Below are positions 37,750 to 46,402 of a stretch of 46,402 nt of DNA, piece after piece. Position numbers and translations under genes: made by a program. Source of the stretch: a virus; the IMG/VR virus record IMGVR_UViG_3300026907_000065, positions 1 to 46,402 of that record; one strand, written 5' to 3'. The notes beneath the pieces are model-generated. The model was not told where the DNA came from. It saw only the letters and a list, made by a program, of their open reading frames with translations, and searched no databases. The stretch's first letter is position 1, and each line of letters starts with the position of its first letter.

Positions 37750-38779
37750 TACCCCTTCGCTGCCGGTGCTGATCAAGCGCACCCAAAGCGACCTGGCCAG
37801 CGATGCGCTGCGCCAGTCCGATGCGCAAGTGCTGGCCCGTACCCTCGGTGGCGCCGCCTATGGCCTCTACGGCTACCTGGACTGGATCGCCGATCAGATC
37901 CTGCCGGACAAGGCCGACGAGTCGACCCTGGAACGCATCGCCGCGCTGCGCCTCAACCAGCCGCGCAAGGCCGCCCAGGCGGCGAGCGGTTCGGTGAGCT
38001 TCACGGCGGCGGCAGGCGCGGTGCTGGACGTCGATACCTTGCTGCAAGCCAGTGACGGCCGCACCTACAAAGTCACCGCCGCCCGCACCACCAGCGCCGG
38101 CAGCAACAGCACCACCGTCCAGGCCCTCGACGCCGGCACCCTGGGCAATGCCGAGGCCGGCCTGAACCTGATCCCGGTGCAACCGATCCAGGGCATCGGC
38201 AACAGCTTCACCGTGCTCGCCCCCGGCCTGAGCGGCGGCGTCGCCGCGGAAAGCCTGGAATCGCTGCGTGCCCGGGTGATCCGCTCCTACCGCATCATCC
38301 CCCACGGCGGCTCGGCCCAGGACTATGAGACCTGGGCGCTGGAGTGCCCGGGGATTACCCGGGCGTGGTGCCGTGGCAGCTACCTGGGGCCAGGCACCGT
38401 GGGCCTGTTCGTGATGCGCGACGACGATGCGCAACCGATCCCGAATGCCGAGCAACTGGCGGAGGTAAAGACCTACATCGAACCCTTGCGTCCGGTGACG
38501 GCCGAATTGCATGTGCTGGCGCCGCAGCAGTCGCCCGTGACCTACAGCCTGCGCTTGTCTCCGGACACCAGCGCGGTACGCGCGGCGGTCGAGGCCCAGT
38601 TGCGCGATCTGCACAACCGCGAAGCCGGCCTGGGCGACACCTTGCTGATCAGCCATATCCGCGAGGCCATCAGCAGTGCCGCCGGCGAGAACGATCACCG
38701 GCTCAGCGCGCCGGCCGCGGATGTTCCCGCCGCCAGTAACCAGTTGCTGACGTTCGGAGGTTGCGTATGGCTGGAGTAA
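37739..38779 (+). CDS. Baseplate J-like wedge (Mu gp47)
   Basis: YGYLDWIA.QI.PD.AD, GG...DYETWALE, G.GTV, RPVTA. Confidence 0.9.
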   Translation: MPFDTPSLPVLIKRTQSDLASDALRQSDAQVLARTLGGAAYGLYGYLDWIADQILPDKADESTLERIAALRLNQPRKAAQAASGSVSFTAAAGAVLDVDTLLQASDGRTYKVTAARTTSAGSNSTTVQALDAGTLGNAEAGLNLIPVQPIQGIGNSFTVLAPGLSGGVAAESLESLRARVIRSYRIIPHGGSAQDYETWALECPGITRAWCRGSYLGPGTVGLFVMRDDDAQPIPNAEQLAEVKTYIEPLRPVTAELHVLAPQQSPVTYSLRLSPDTSAVRAAVEAQLRDLHNREAGLGDTLLISHIREAISSAAGENDHRLSAPAADVPAASNQLLTFGGCVWLE

Positions 38780-39366
38780 GAACCGCCGCGCAATACCAGA
38801 GCCAGCTGCGCAGCCTGCTGCCCAGCGGCCCGGCCTGGGACCCGGAGCGGGTGCCGGAGCTCGAGGAGGTGCTCGAAGGCGTCTCCCAGGAACTGGCCCG
38901 CCTCGACGCCCGCGCTGCCGACCTGCTCAATGAAATGGACCCGGCGGGCGCCAGCGAGCTGGTACCGGATTGGGAGCGGGTGATGAACCTGCCCGACCCC
39001 TGCCTGGGTGCGACTCCACTGTTCGACGACCGCCGCCTGGCCGTGCGCCGGCGGCTGCTGGCTGTCGGCAGCCAGGCGCTCGCCTACTACGTCGAGATCG
39101 CCCGCAGCCAGGGTTATCCGAACGCCACCATCACCGAGCACGAAGCCCCGCGCATGGGCCGCGCACGGTTTGGTGAAGCGCATTTCGGCACCTGGCAGGC
39201 GCAATTCATGTGGACGCTCAATACCGGTGGACGACTGCTCCTGGGCCGCCGCTTTGGCGCGAGTTACTGGGGCGAACGTTTCGGCATGAACCCGGGCTCG
39301 GCCCTGGAATGCCAGATCCACCGCAGCGCGCCGGCCCATACGCGGGTGCATATCAATTATGACTAG
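38767..39366 (+). CDS. Mu gp48/DUF2313 baseplate protein
   Basis: LLP.GPAW, L.PDWER...LPD.C, LEC......PAHT. Confidence 0.9.
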   Translation: MAGVRTAAQYQSQLRSLLPSGPAWDPERVPELEEVLEGVSQELARLDARAADLLNEMDPAGASELVPDWERVMNLPDPCLGATPLFDDRRLAVRRRLLAVGSQALAYYVEIARSQGYPNATITEHEAPRMGRARFGEAHFGTWQAQFMWTLNTGGRLLLGRRFGASYWGERFGMNPGSALECQIHRSAPAHTRVHINYD

Positions 39367-39377
39367 GGGATAGACCG

Positions 39378-40235
39378 ATGGATTATCCGAAGAGTGTGCC
39401 CAGTGCCGGGTTGGTCAACGGCAGGTTCGTCGATGAGAACCCGCTGACCGGCACCCCGGGATCGCTGATTCCGGCGGACTGGGGCAATGGGGTGACCCAG
39501 GAACTGCTGGCCGTGATCACGGCGGCCGACCTGACGCCCAGCGAGGCGAACCTGACGCAACTGCTGAGCGCGATCCGCAGCATCAGCCGCAAGAGCGCAG
39601 GGCTCGGCATTCAGCGCTTCACCGCCAATGGCAGCTTCACCGTGCCAGAGGGCGTGACGAAGATCTGGCTGAGTGGGTGTGCGGGTGGGGGCGGGGGAGG
39701 TTCATGTCCAGCTGGAACCACCGGATCCGCATCCGGTGGCAGCGGCGGCGGGGCAGGCCAGCCGGCCATCAAGGTACCCGTCACCGTCGCTCCTGGCCAA
39801 GTGATCCCTATCACGATTGGAGCGGCGGGTGTGGGTGGCGTCAGCGGAGTCAGCAACCCGACAAGCGGAGGAAACACGCTTGTGGGGGTTGGAGGCGCTT
39901 TGCTGGTGCTGAGTGGCGGAGGCGCAGGCAATTCGGGGGCAAATCTTCCCGTGGACCGTGTGGCTGGTCCAAGAGGGGGAGAGGGATTTCCTGCCGGTGG
40001 CGATGCTACTGACTCTCAGGCCCAGGTGACGGCGGGATTGTCGGGGGCTGGCGCAAGCGGGCCATTCGGTGGCGGTGGCAGTGCCTGTCGATATGGAACA
40101 TCGGGAGGGTACGCGGCACGGGATGCCTACGGCTTCGGCGCTGGCGGCAGCGGCGCGGGAGGTTGGTATGTGTCTGGTGCCTTGGCCGTCTCGGGGGGGC
40201 GCGGTGCTCCTGGTCTGATGATCATTGAGTGGTGA
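39378..40235 (+). CDS. Tail fibre 1 (conserved anchor + glycine-rich domain)
   Basis: MDYPKS...GSLIPA.WGN.VTQE anchor; FT..GSFTVP.GV, GGGGGG, G.GAPG..IIEW. Confidence 0.85.
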   Translation: MDYPKSVPSAGLVNGRFVDENPLTGTPGSLIPADWGNGVTQELLAVITAADLTPSEANLTQLLSAIRSISRKSAGLGIQRFTANGSFTVPEGVTKIWLSGCAGGGGGGSCPAGTTGSASGGSGGGAGQPAIKVPVTVAPGQVIPITIGAAGVGGVSGVSNPTSGGNTLVGVGGALLVLSGGGAGNSGANLPVDRVAGPRGGEGFPAGGDATDSQAQVTAGLSGAGASGPFGGGGSACRYGTSGGYAARDAYGFGAGGSGAGGWYVSGALAVSGGRGAPGLMIIEW

Positions 40236-40239
40236 GCAT

Positions 40240-40881
40240 ATGAGTAAGCAAGTTCTTTACTGCCTTGCGTCCGGGGTGGTCATCGAGTGGCAGGACACTG
40301 AAGTACTGGCCTACGCGGCGACAGACGAGGGCAACAGCGTCCTGCCGGTGACGGCCGAGCAATGGAAGCAGAAGGAGGCACTGCATTTCGTACTGGATGG
40401 CGAACTGACTCGGGTCGATGGACCTCCACCCTCCGCTGCTCATTACTGGGACGGTAGCCAGTGGTCGCTGGACTCCCTGAAGGCCGCGATCATCGCCGAA
40501 CAGGAGGCGGAGCAACTTTGCCGGCGAGTGGACGCAGAGGCTGACACTGCCCGGCAGATGCTCGGCGGTGACCCGCTGCGTGCCATGGAGTATGCCCAGG
40601 CCGCCAGTGACGCCCAGGCGTTCAAGGAGGCCGGCTACCCGAAAAAAGCAGTGCCCCTCGCGGTAAGCGCCTGGGTGGTGAAAGGCCGTACCGCCAGGGA
40701 AGCGGCCGATCAGATTCTCGCCAAGGCAGCCGAGCTCAACAGCAAGCTGCTCGCACTTCGCACGCTGCGCTTGCAGGCAAAAGAGCGCATCCGGGTTCAG
40801 GCCAGCAAGGGTAAGCAGGAGGCTGCGAAAGACCTATGTGAGGCAGCGATCGAGGCGATTCGCAAGGTTGCCAGCGACTGA
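40240..40881 (+). CDS. Tail fibre 1 partner/chaperone
   Basis: Follows fibre; PPSAAHYWDG, GDPLRA.EY, VSAW. Confidence 0.7.
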   Translation: MSKQVLYCLASGVVIEWQDTEVLAYAATDEGNSVLPVTAEQWKQKEALHFVLDGELTRVDGPPPSAAHYWDGSQWSLDSLKAAIIAEQEAEQLCRRVDAEADTARQMLGGDPLRAMEYAQAASDAQAFKEAGYPKKAVPLAVSAWVVKGRTAREAADQILAKAAELNSKLLALRTLRLQAKERIRVQASKGKQEAAKDLCEAAIEAIRKVASD

Positions 40882-40884
40882 GCG

Positions 40885-41176
40885 GGAACGCCGTGTTGCA
40901 TTTCAAGCAGCCGTCCAAGGCCGCCCAGGCGGCCAGCGGTTCGCCGAGGCTCAGTGCTATGGCCTGCTCGCCATAGGTAGCCAGAGCACGGAAATAGCCC
41001 GCAGCCGAGCACTTCTGTTGTCGGGCTCCTCGCGCCTCGCGCGGGACGCTCAATCTTTTCGGTACCTGGAAGGCGCAATTCCCTTGACCCCTCAACGCCA
41101 ACGGACGCTGCCACTGGAGCGGCGTTTCGGCTCCAGCAGTCCGGCTCATGGGCTGGCGAACATCAATTATGACTAG
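40885..41176 (+). pseudogene. Deleted relic of a second gp47-gp48 pair
   Basis: 40885-40943 matches gp47 37930-37993 (CAAGGCCGCCCAGGCGGC.AGCGGTTCG); 40964-41176 matches pieces of gp48 incl. TTCGG.ACCTGG.AGGCGCAATTC and ATCAATTATGACTAG end. Confidence 0.85.
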
Positions 41177-41187
41177 AGAATAGAGCA

Positions 41188-42738
41188 ATGGATTATCCAA
41201 AGAGCACGCCCGGTGTCGGGCTGCTGAATGGGAAGTTTGTCGACGAAAATCCGGTGGCAGGTACCCCGGGATCATTGATTCCCGCTACCTGGGGCAATGC
41301 GGTTACCCAGGAAATCCTGAACGTCATCAAATCGGCCGGCCTGGTCCCTGACGAGGCATCGACCACTCAGTTGCTGCAGGCGATCCAGAGTTTCGCTGCC
41401 CGGGATTTCAAGGACTCCGTGCGTGTTGCCACCACCGGCTCCGTTGCCTTGAGCGGTCTGCAAGCCATCGATGGCGTGCAGCTCACGGTCGCCGATCGTG
41501 TACTGGTCAAGGACCAGGCGAATGCGGCGCAGAACGGGCTTTATATCGTTTCGGCCGATTCCTGGTCACGAGCACCGGATGCGGCGCTGGATTATCAGGT
41601 GACGTCCAACTTTATTGTCGGGACGGATGAAGGACAAGTTAACAAGTCGCGTATCTGGCAAATGACCACCCCAGGGCCGATTACCGTCGGTGCCACGCCT
41701 TTGGTTTTCGAACTGATGGCCGGGGCTACCGGAGTGGCTGCCGGGGAATACCGGAAAGTAGTGGTCAATACACGCGGCCAGGTGACTTCGGGCTCGAACC
41801 CGACGACCCTGGATGGTTATGCGATTACTGATGCTTACAGCAAAACGGCGGCGAACAATGCCTTCGTCAAGCAGGGCGGGGTCGGCACCCAATTAACCAA
41901 CTCGGTCTATATCGGCTGGGATGGGCAGAACGTTCTTCTCCAGGTCGATGCCACCAACTTCGGCAGCCTGTGGTGTTCGCGAAACTTCGATCCTGCGAAA
42001 AAGGCCGATGTTTCCGAGGTGTACAACAAGACGGCGACCAATGGGTTGCTGGATGCCAAGATCAGTTCCGATGCCTGCTCTATTGCCGGTTTTGCCAGCG
42101 GTAATTCGGCAGCTCCTTATATGCGCAATAAAAATAATAACGAGTATGTGGGGCTGGCCAGGGCTGCGACTACTCTGGGTGGTTATGGCATTACCGACGC
42201 ATATACCGCGACTCAGGTTAATTCCTTTTTAGGAGAGCGTGTTCTAAGGGATGGGATTACCTATGCCGGTTTTGCAAGTAATGACCCGAACACTCCCTAC
42301 TTCAGAAGGGCTTCCGATAATGGTGTTTATGCTCTTCAACTTAAGCTCGGCTACACCCCTGTACGCCAGGGTGGGGGGAATGGTCAGACTTCTAATGTGG
42401 TAATGCTGGGCTGGTCCGACGGCTCGGGTCTCAAGGCGCAAGTCGATGCTACCGATCTTGGGGCTATCTGGACCGACCATATTGGTAACTGGAAGGCGGT
42501 AGCTGCGCAGGCCACGGCCGGCACGGGCGCGGTTGGCTCCTATGCGCTCCTGCTTCTTGGCGGCGGTGGCGGCACCGGGCCTAGCTCTCTCGTGGCGGGT
42601 GTGAATTGCAGGTACGCCGCTTCGGATGGCAATGACTGGGGCGGCGCACCTGCTGGCACTTGGCGAATTATGGGTGGGGTCAGAAATACAGACGGCGCGA
42701 GCTCCGACTCTACAACTCTATGCTTGAGGGTTTCTTGA
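41188..42738 (+). CDS. Tail fibre 2
   Basis: Same anchor; DFK.SVRVATT, DRVLVKDQ, TTL.GY.ITDAY repeats, C-terminal G.WRIMG...LCLRVS. Confidence 0.88.
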   Translation: MDYPKSTPGVGLLNGKFVDENPVAGTPGSLIPATWGNAVTQEILNVIKSAGLVPDEASTTQLLQAIQSFAARDFKDSVRVATTGSVALSGLQAIDGVQLTVADRVLVKDQANAAQNGLYIVSADSWSRAPDAALDYQVTSNFIVGTDEGQVNKSRIWQMTTPGPITVGATPLVFELMAGATGVAAGEYRKVVVNTRGQVTSGSNPTTLDGYAITDAYSKTAANNAFVKQGGVGTQLTNSVYIGWDGQNVLLQVDATNFGSLWCSRNFDPAKKADVSEVYNKTATNGLLDAKISSDACSIAGFASGNSAAPYMRNKNNNEYVGLARAATTLGGYGITDAYTATQVNSFLGERVLRDGITYAGFASNDPNTPYFRRASDNGVYALQLKLGYTPVRQGGGNGQTSNVVMLGWSDGSGLKAQVDATDLGAIWTDHIGNWKAVAAQATAGTGAVGSYALLLLGGGGGTGPSSLVAGVNCRYAASDGNDWGGAPAGTWRIMGGVRNTDGASSDSTTLCLRVS

Positions 42739-42739
42739 G

Positions 42740-43210
42740 ATGATGAAAGTACTAAGTGCTCACACACCTTGCTGGAATGACGTGGCACATACAACGCTTA
42801 ACCTGTATGTGACATTTGAAGATACCAAGGACTCTCTTGGCGAAATTATATTTACCGCCTCTCCAAATGACCCGGAATCTCATGGTCGGGACTTATTTGA
42901 TCGTGCAGTGGCTTTGGAGTTTGGTGATATCGCCGAGCCGGGGGTTGATGTGATTAAGAGCAATATGCTGCTACAACGCGCCGAACTGACGGCTGTCGCC
43001 AACTCCGTGATCGAGAAGTTGCAGGCTGACGTGAATATCCTGCAGGACTCCGTGGAACTTGAAATTGCCACGGATAAGGAAATCGCGGCCTTGGCCACCA
43101 AGAAGGTCTCCCTGAGTGCCTGGAAAAAGTACCGGGTACTGCTGTCGCGAGTACAGGAGCAAGAAGGGTTTCCAACGGCTGTGGAGTGGCCCGAGGCTCC
43201 CGGTGAGTGA
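42740..43210 (+). CDS. Tail fibre assembly chaperone 2
   Basis: FTASP.D...HG, LQD.VEL..AT, WKKYRVLLSRV, WPE.P. Confidence 0.85.
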   Translation: MMKVLSAHTPCWNDVAHTTLNLYVTFEDTKDSLGEIIFTASPNDPESHGRDLFDRAVALEFGDIAEPGVDVIKSNMLLQRAELTAVANSVIEKLQADVNILQDSVELEIATDKEIAALATKKVSLSAWKKYRVLLSRVQEQEGFPTAVEWPEAPGE

Positions 43211-43249
43211 GGTCAGCTTGCAGACGTTTGCATTCGAGGATTTCCATCC

Positions 43250-43607
43250 ATGCTGATTACTGAACCCGCTTTGCGAACGCCATTTCGATGAGCAGTTGAT
43301 TAATCGAAATACAACGCTTTCCGAGGCTCAGTTTTATGAGTTTCTGAATTGTATTCAGTCTTTACGTGACTGGCCCCACTCCCAGTTTTTCCAAATCCAG
43401 AAAGTCGTCCAGCGCCACCCGAGTGATTGCCGGGATATTAGTATTTTCATTAAAAATGATTTCTGGCCTTTCTACCCAGATGTACGGGTTGATTTGTTTT
43501 TATCCGATGGTATTGCTGGGTTGAAGCATGTTTCATGTGTGCCAGTTCTGGTGGAGGGAAGATGTCTGGGTAAGATCAGTCGTGTTCGAGGTAGAAGGTT
43601 TAAGTAA
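43250..43607 (+). pseudogene. Possible AT-rich degraded ORF between fibre cassettes
   Basis: GAGGA SD + ATG at 43250 stops after 13 codons; a longer open frame (43257-43607) runs in another frame; no recognisable family. Confidence 0.3.
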
Positions 43608-44689
43608 TGGATTATCCGAATAGTGTTCCAAGTGTTGGCTTGGTAGATGGCCGATTTATCGATGAAAATGCCATTTCTGGTGTTCCAGGATCACTGATTC
43701 CTGCAGCATGGGGCAATGGTGTAACTCAAGAGATACTGGCGGTAGTAAAAAGCGCAGGAATAGCACCGGATGAGAACGACAACGCTCAGTTGCTGAAGGC
43801 ATTGCAAGTTATTGTTGGTAAAGCAAGCCCGATGCTTTCAGTCGTGAAAAATATTACAGTTTCCAGATTGCTGGAGTCTGACGAACTGGGTTTGCTACTC
43901 ATCAATGGTGCGGCAGATACAGTTTCGATAACGCTTCCTCCCAGCAACGAAGGTTTAGGTGTACGTGACGTTATTGTGCGCCGCGTGGACAACAGCGGTA
44001 ATCGCTTGGTGGTGCAATGTTCGGGGACTGACAACATCAAGTTCCACACCCATTTGCGTCCTGCTGGTTATCCCTTCCTGGTGCTTATGGGGGCTGGTGA
44101 CTGGTGGCATTTACGCAGTGATGGGAGCGGTAGTTGGTGGCCGGTCGGACGATTTGATGGCACCGCTCTGGGGCGACCTGTATTTGAAACTACGGTGGTT
44201 CTGGCCCCTGGTGGGTATGGTGCCTTGAATGGATCAACCCTGAAACGTACGGAATGGCCCTGGTTGTGGGATCACGCCCAGCAGTCTGGAATGTTACGTC
44301 CTGAAAGTGACCGAGCTGGGGCTTGGTCTCCCGGGGATGGGGTTACTACTTTCCGGACACCCGAGGCGCGTGGTGAGTTTCTGCGGGTCTGGTCCGAGGA
44401 CAATACAGTCGACTCCGGTCGTACTCCAGGTTCATGGCAGGCGGGGTCCCTGGTGCATGGGGATAATGGCATAGGAGACAACATCATATTTGCTACCGAC
44501 ATGCTTAATCAGAGAAAGCAACTGGGCTTCGATATTGGTAATTTTTCTGCATATCCAGGATGTACTGTTAAGTACATCTGGCCGGATGCCTCTACTGTGA
44601 CAAGACTACCTGATGCTGAATTGATGAATCACAGCGGCGTTGCTCGCCCCCGAAACGTTGCTTATCCGGGGCGAATCAAGCTTATTTGA
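43607..44689 (+). CDS. Tail fibre 3 (with tail-collar-like domain)
   Basis: Same anchor; GY..LNG...R..WPWLW, DG.TTFR.PE.RGEFLR.W, GR..GS.Q, RPRNVAY. Confidence 0.88.
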   Translation: MDYPNSVPSVGLVDGRFIDENAISGVPGSLIPAAWGNGVTQEILAVVKSAGIAPDENDNAQLLKALQVIVGKASPMLSVVKNITVSRLLESDELGLLLINGAADTVSITLPPSNEGLGVRDVIVRRVDNSGNRLVVQCSGTDNIKFHTHLRPAGYPFLVLMGAGDWWHLRSDGSGSWWPVGRFDGTALGRPVFETTVVLAPGGYGALNGSTLKRTEWPWLWDHAQQSGMLRPESDRAGAWSPGDGVTTFRTPEARGEFLRVWSEDNTVDSGRTPGSWQAGSLVHGDNGIGDNIIFATDMLNQRKQLGFDIGNFSAYPGCTVKYIWPDASTVTRLPDAELMNHSGVARPRNVAYPGRIKLI

Positions 44690-44696
44690 GGTTTTT

Positions 44697-45299
44697 ATGG
44701 CTAATTATCTAATCAATCAAGTACAAGCCTTAGTGGGGCCGGTGACGTTTCCATCGGTTCCTGGTCTCGGTGTGCAGTTACCGAGTAACGCGGTGGAGTT
44801 GCCTCATGAACTTCCGGAACCTGAAAGTGGTTGCGTATGGGCGTGGATAGATAATGCCCCAGTACAGTTACCTGATCGGCGCGGCGCGATCTACCACATA
44901 CAAACAGGCACATTGACGCAGTGGACAGAACTTGGGGAGTTACCTGTTGGTTTTACCGACAAGCCTTGGCCGGGTAAGCACTTTATATGGGTAGAGGGTG
45001 ACTGGAAGCTGGATGAAGAGGCGAAATCTGCTGCTGAGAGTAAAAACGCCCAGGCGGAGCGCGATAGTCGTTTACGTGAAGCGTCGCTACGCATAGCCCC
45101 ACTTCAATACGCCCTTGAACTGGGAGAAGCCTCATCCGAGGAACAATCTGCCTTACTGGAGTGGAAGCGCTATTGCGTTGCCTTGAACCGTATCGAGCAG
45201 CAGCCGGGTTATCCGCTTGAAATTGAGTGGCCAGTGCTAACGCTGGATGCCCCCCGTGGCCGGTTGAATGCCTTGCGATCTTTCTTCCGTGCCAAATGA
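44697..45299 (+). CDS. Tail fibre assembly chaperone 3
   Basis: ELGELP.GFT...P, RD..L..A...IAPLQ.A..LG.A, W..Y...LNR, I.WP. Confidence 0.85.
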   Translation: MANYLINQVQALVGPVTFPSVPGLGVQLPSNAVELPHELPEPESGCVWAWIDNAPVQLPDRRGAIYHIQTGTLTQWTELGELPVGFTDKPWPGKHFIWVEGDWKLDEEAKSAAESKNAQAERDSRLREASLRIAPLQYALELGEASSEEQSALLEWKRYCVALNRIEQQPGYPLEIEWPVLTLDAPRGRLNALRSFFRAK

Positions 45300-45320
45300 A
45301 CCCAAGTCAGGGAGACACTG

Positions 45321-45884
45321 ATGTCTGTGACCGAGGGACAACTCCTCAAGATCATGCCCAACGCCCGCTCCCAAGCGGGCGTTTTTGTTTCTGCGCTTAA
45401 CACCGCCATGGCGCACCGCTATATCAACACACCCAAACGCATGGCCGCCTTCCTCGCGCAGGTCGGTCATGAGTCGGGGCAGTTGCGTTATGTGCGGGAG
45501 CTGGGCAATGACCAGTACCTGAGCAAATACGACACCGGCAGCCTGGCGGCCCGTCTGGGCAATACCCCGGAGGCCGATGGCGACGGCCAGAAATACCGTG
45601 GCCGCGGTCTGATCCAGGTCACCGGTCGCAACAACTACCGGCAATGCAGCCTTGGGCTGTTCGGTGACGAGCGTTTGCTGGCGTTGCCCGAATTGTTGGA
45701 ACAGCCGCAGTGGGCCGCCGAGTCGGCCGCCTGGTTCTGGCAGCAGAACGGTCTTAACGAACTGGCCGACCGCGACCAGTTCAACAGCATCACCCGTCGT
45801 ATCAACGGCGGCTTGAACGGCCTGGAGGATCGTCTGCAGCTCTGGGCGCGGGCGCGGGAGGTGTTATGCCAGCCTTCGGCCTGA
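45321..45884 (+). CDS. lys: Endolysin, glycoside hydrolase family 19
   Basis: AAFLAQVGHESG, DG.KYRGRGLIQVTG..NY, SAAWFW, TRRINGG.NGL.DR. Confidence 0.93.
   Translation: MSVTEGQLLKIMPNARSQAGVFVSALNTAMAHRYINTPKRMAAFLAQVGHESGQLRYVRELGNDQYLSKYDTGSLAARLGNTPEADGDGQKYRGRGLIQVTGRNNYRQCSLGLFGDERLLALPELLEQPQWAAESAAWFWQQNGLNELADRDQFNSITRRINGGLNGLEDRLQLWARAREVLCQPSA
45360..45390 (+). terminator. Intragenic terminator-like hairpin in endolysin
   Basis: AACGCCCGCT-CCCA-AGCGGGCGTT-TTTGTTT. Confidence 0.6.
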
Positions 45885-46402
45885 TGCCCCTGTCTTACCG
45901 GGCAATGGCTGTTGTCGTGCTGCTGGCCGTGGTGACCGGCGTCGCGGGGGCGCTGGCCTGGCAGGTTCAGGAGTGGCGTTTTGGCCGGCAACTGGCGGAG
46001 CAGGCCAGGCTGCACGGCGAAGCGCTGAGTCAGCTGAACCTGGCGGCCGCTGCCCGGCAGCGGGACGAGCAGGACAAACGCCTGGCCCTGGAGCAACAGT
46101 TGCAAGCCAGCGACCAAACCCATTACCGAGCCTTGAACGATGCACAACGTGATCAAGGTCGCCTGCGCGACCGTCTTGCCACTGCTGATCTGCGCCTGTC
46201 AGTCCTCCTCGCCGCCGATGACAGCGCCGGCGGCTGCCCGGTGCCTGCCACCCCCGCCACCGGCGGCGTGGTTCATGGAGCCCCGCGAGCCCGACTTGAC
46301 CCGGCGCATGCTCAACGAATTATCGGCATCACCGATGCCGGCGACCAGGGACTGATCGCCCTGCAGGCGTGTCAGGCCTACGTCAGGGCTTTGAACCGCT
46401 AA
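45866..46402 (+). CDS. Inner-membrane spanin (Rz-like)
   Basis: N-terminal TM helix, WQVQ.WR, coiled coil, RLSV, ALQACQAYV. Confidence 0.88.
   Translation: MPAFGLMPLSYRAMAVVVLLAVVTGVAGALAWQVQEWRFGRQLAEQARLHGEALSQLNLAAAARQRDEQDKRLALEQQLQASDQTHYRALNDAQRDQGRLRDRLATADLRLSVLLAADDSAGGCPVPATPATGGVVHGAPRARLDPAHAQRIIGITDAGDQGLIALQACQAYVRALNR
46140..46355 (+). CDS. Outer-membrane spanin lipoprotein (Rz1-like), embedded in Rz
   Basis: +1 frame inside Rz; signal ending in lipobox-like LICAC, Pro-rich PPPPPAAWFM. Confidence 0.8.
   Translation: MHNVIKVACATVLPLLICACQSSSPPMTAPAAARCLPPPPPAAWFMEPREPDLTRRMLNELSASPMPATRD

Larger units (their letters stand above)
29411..45299 (+). mobile_element. Module 3: Mu/SfV-like contractile (R-type) tailocin with three fibre cassettes
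   Basis: Order gp37-gp38-sheath-tube-chaperone-TMP-gp43-44-45-46-47-48-fibres. Confidence 0.9.

Noticed and set aside
40838..41176. 112-aa ORF as a new gene
   Set aside because: Explained as a rearranged gp47/gp48 relic.
39378..45299. Shufflon/invertible fibre switch or DGR
   Set aside because: All cassettes are co-oriented with full anchors; no invertase, inverted crossover sites or reverse transcriptase seen.
2777..46402. Intact prophage
   Set aside because: No integrase, replication, terminase, portal or capsid genes in the window; only regulator, tails and lysis genes.

Overview
Pseudomonas (fluorescens-group-like; inferred from gene context, high GC and GTAG-type REPs) chromosomal window. 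It starts with mutS (minus strand), followed by a ~43.6 kb head-less, integrase-less phage-tail (tailocin) cluster entirely on the + strand. A PrtR/CI-like S24 repressor precedes a near-consensus sigma70 promoter overlapped by ATGC-N6-GCAT operator-like palindromes, a ~390-nt structured leader (boxA match, several hairpins, an intrinsic terminator) and a holin. Three tail modules of different ancestry follow: (1) a lambda-like flexible F-type tail (4704-16523) with a tandemly duplicated gpI; (2) after a GH19-lysin remnant and an Amidase_2 gene, a P2-like contractile R-type tail (17724-29268) with a split fibre; (3) a Mu/SfV-like contractile R-type tail (29411-45299) with three tandem fibre+chaperone cassettes. 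A shared GH19 endolysin and Rz/Rz1 spanins close the window. Each module has its own predicted -1 frameshift tail chaperone. About ten intrinsic-terminator-like hairpins interrupt the operon, including one before the first gene and one inside the endolysin, yet no PrtN/N/Q-type activator or antiterminator is recognisable. This points to leader-RNA/host-Nus antitermination and is the most novel-looking signal. All product calls come from recognising motifs and synteny by eye, not from database searches.
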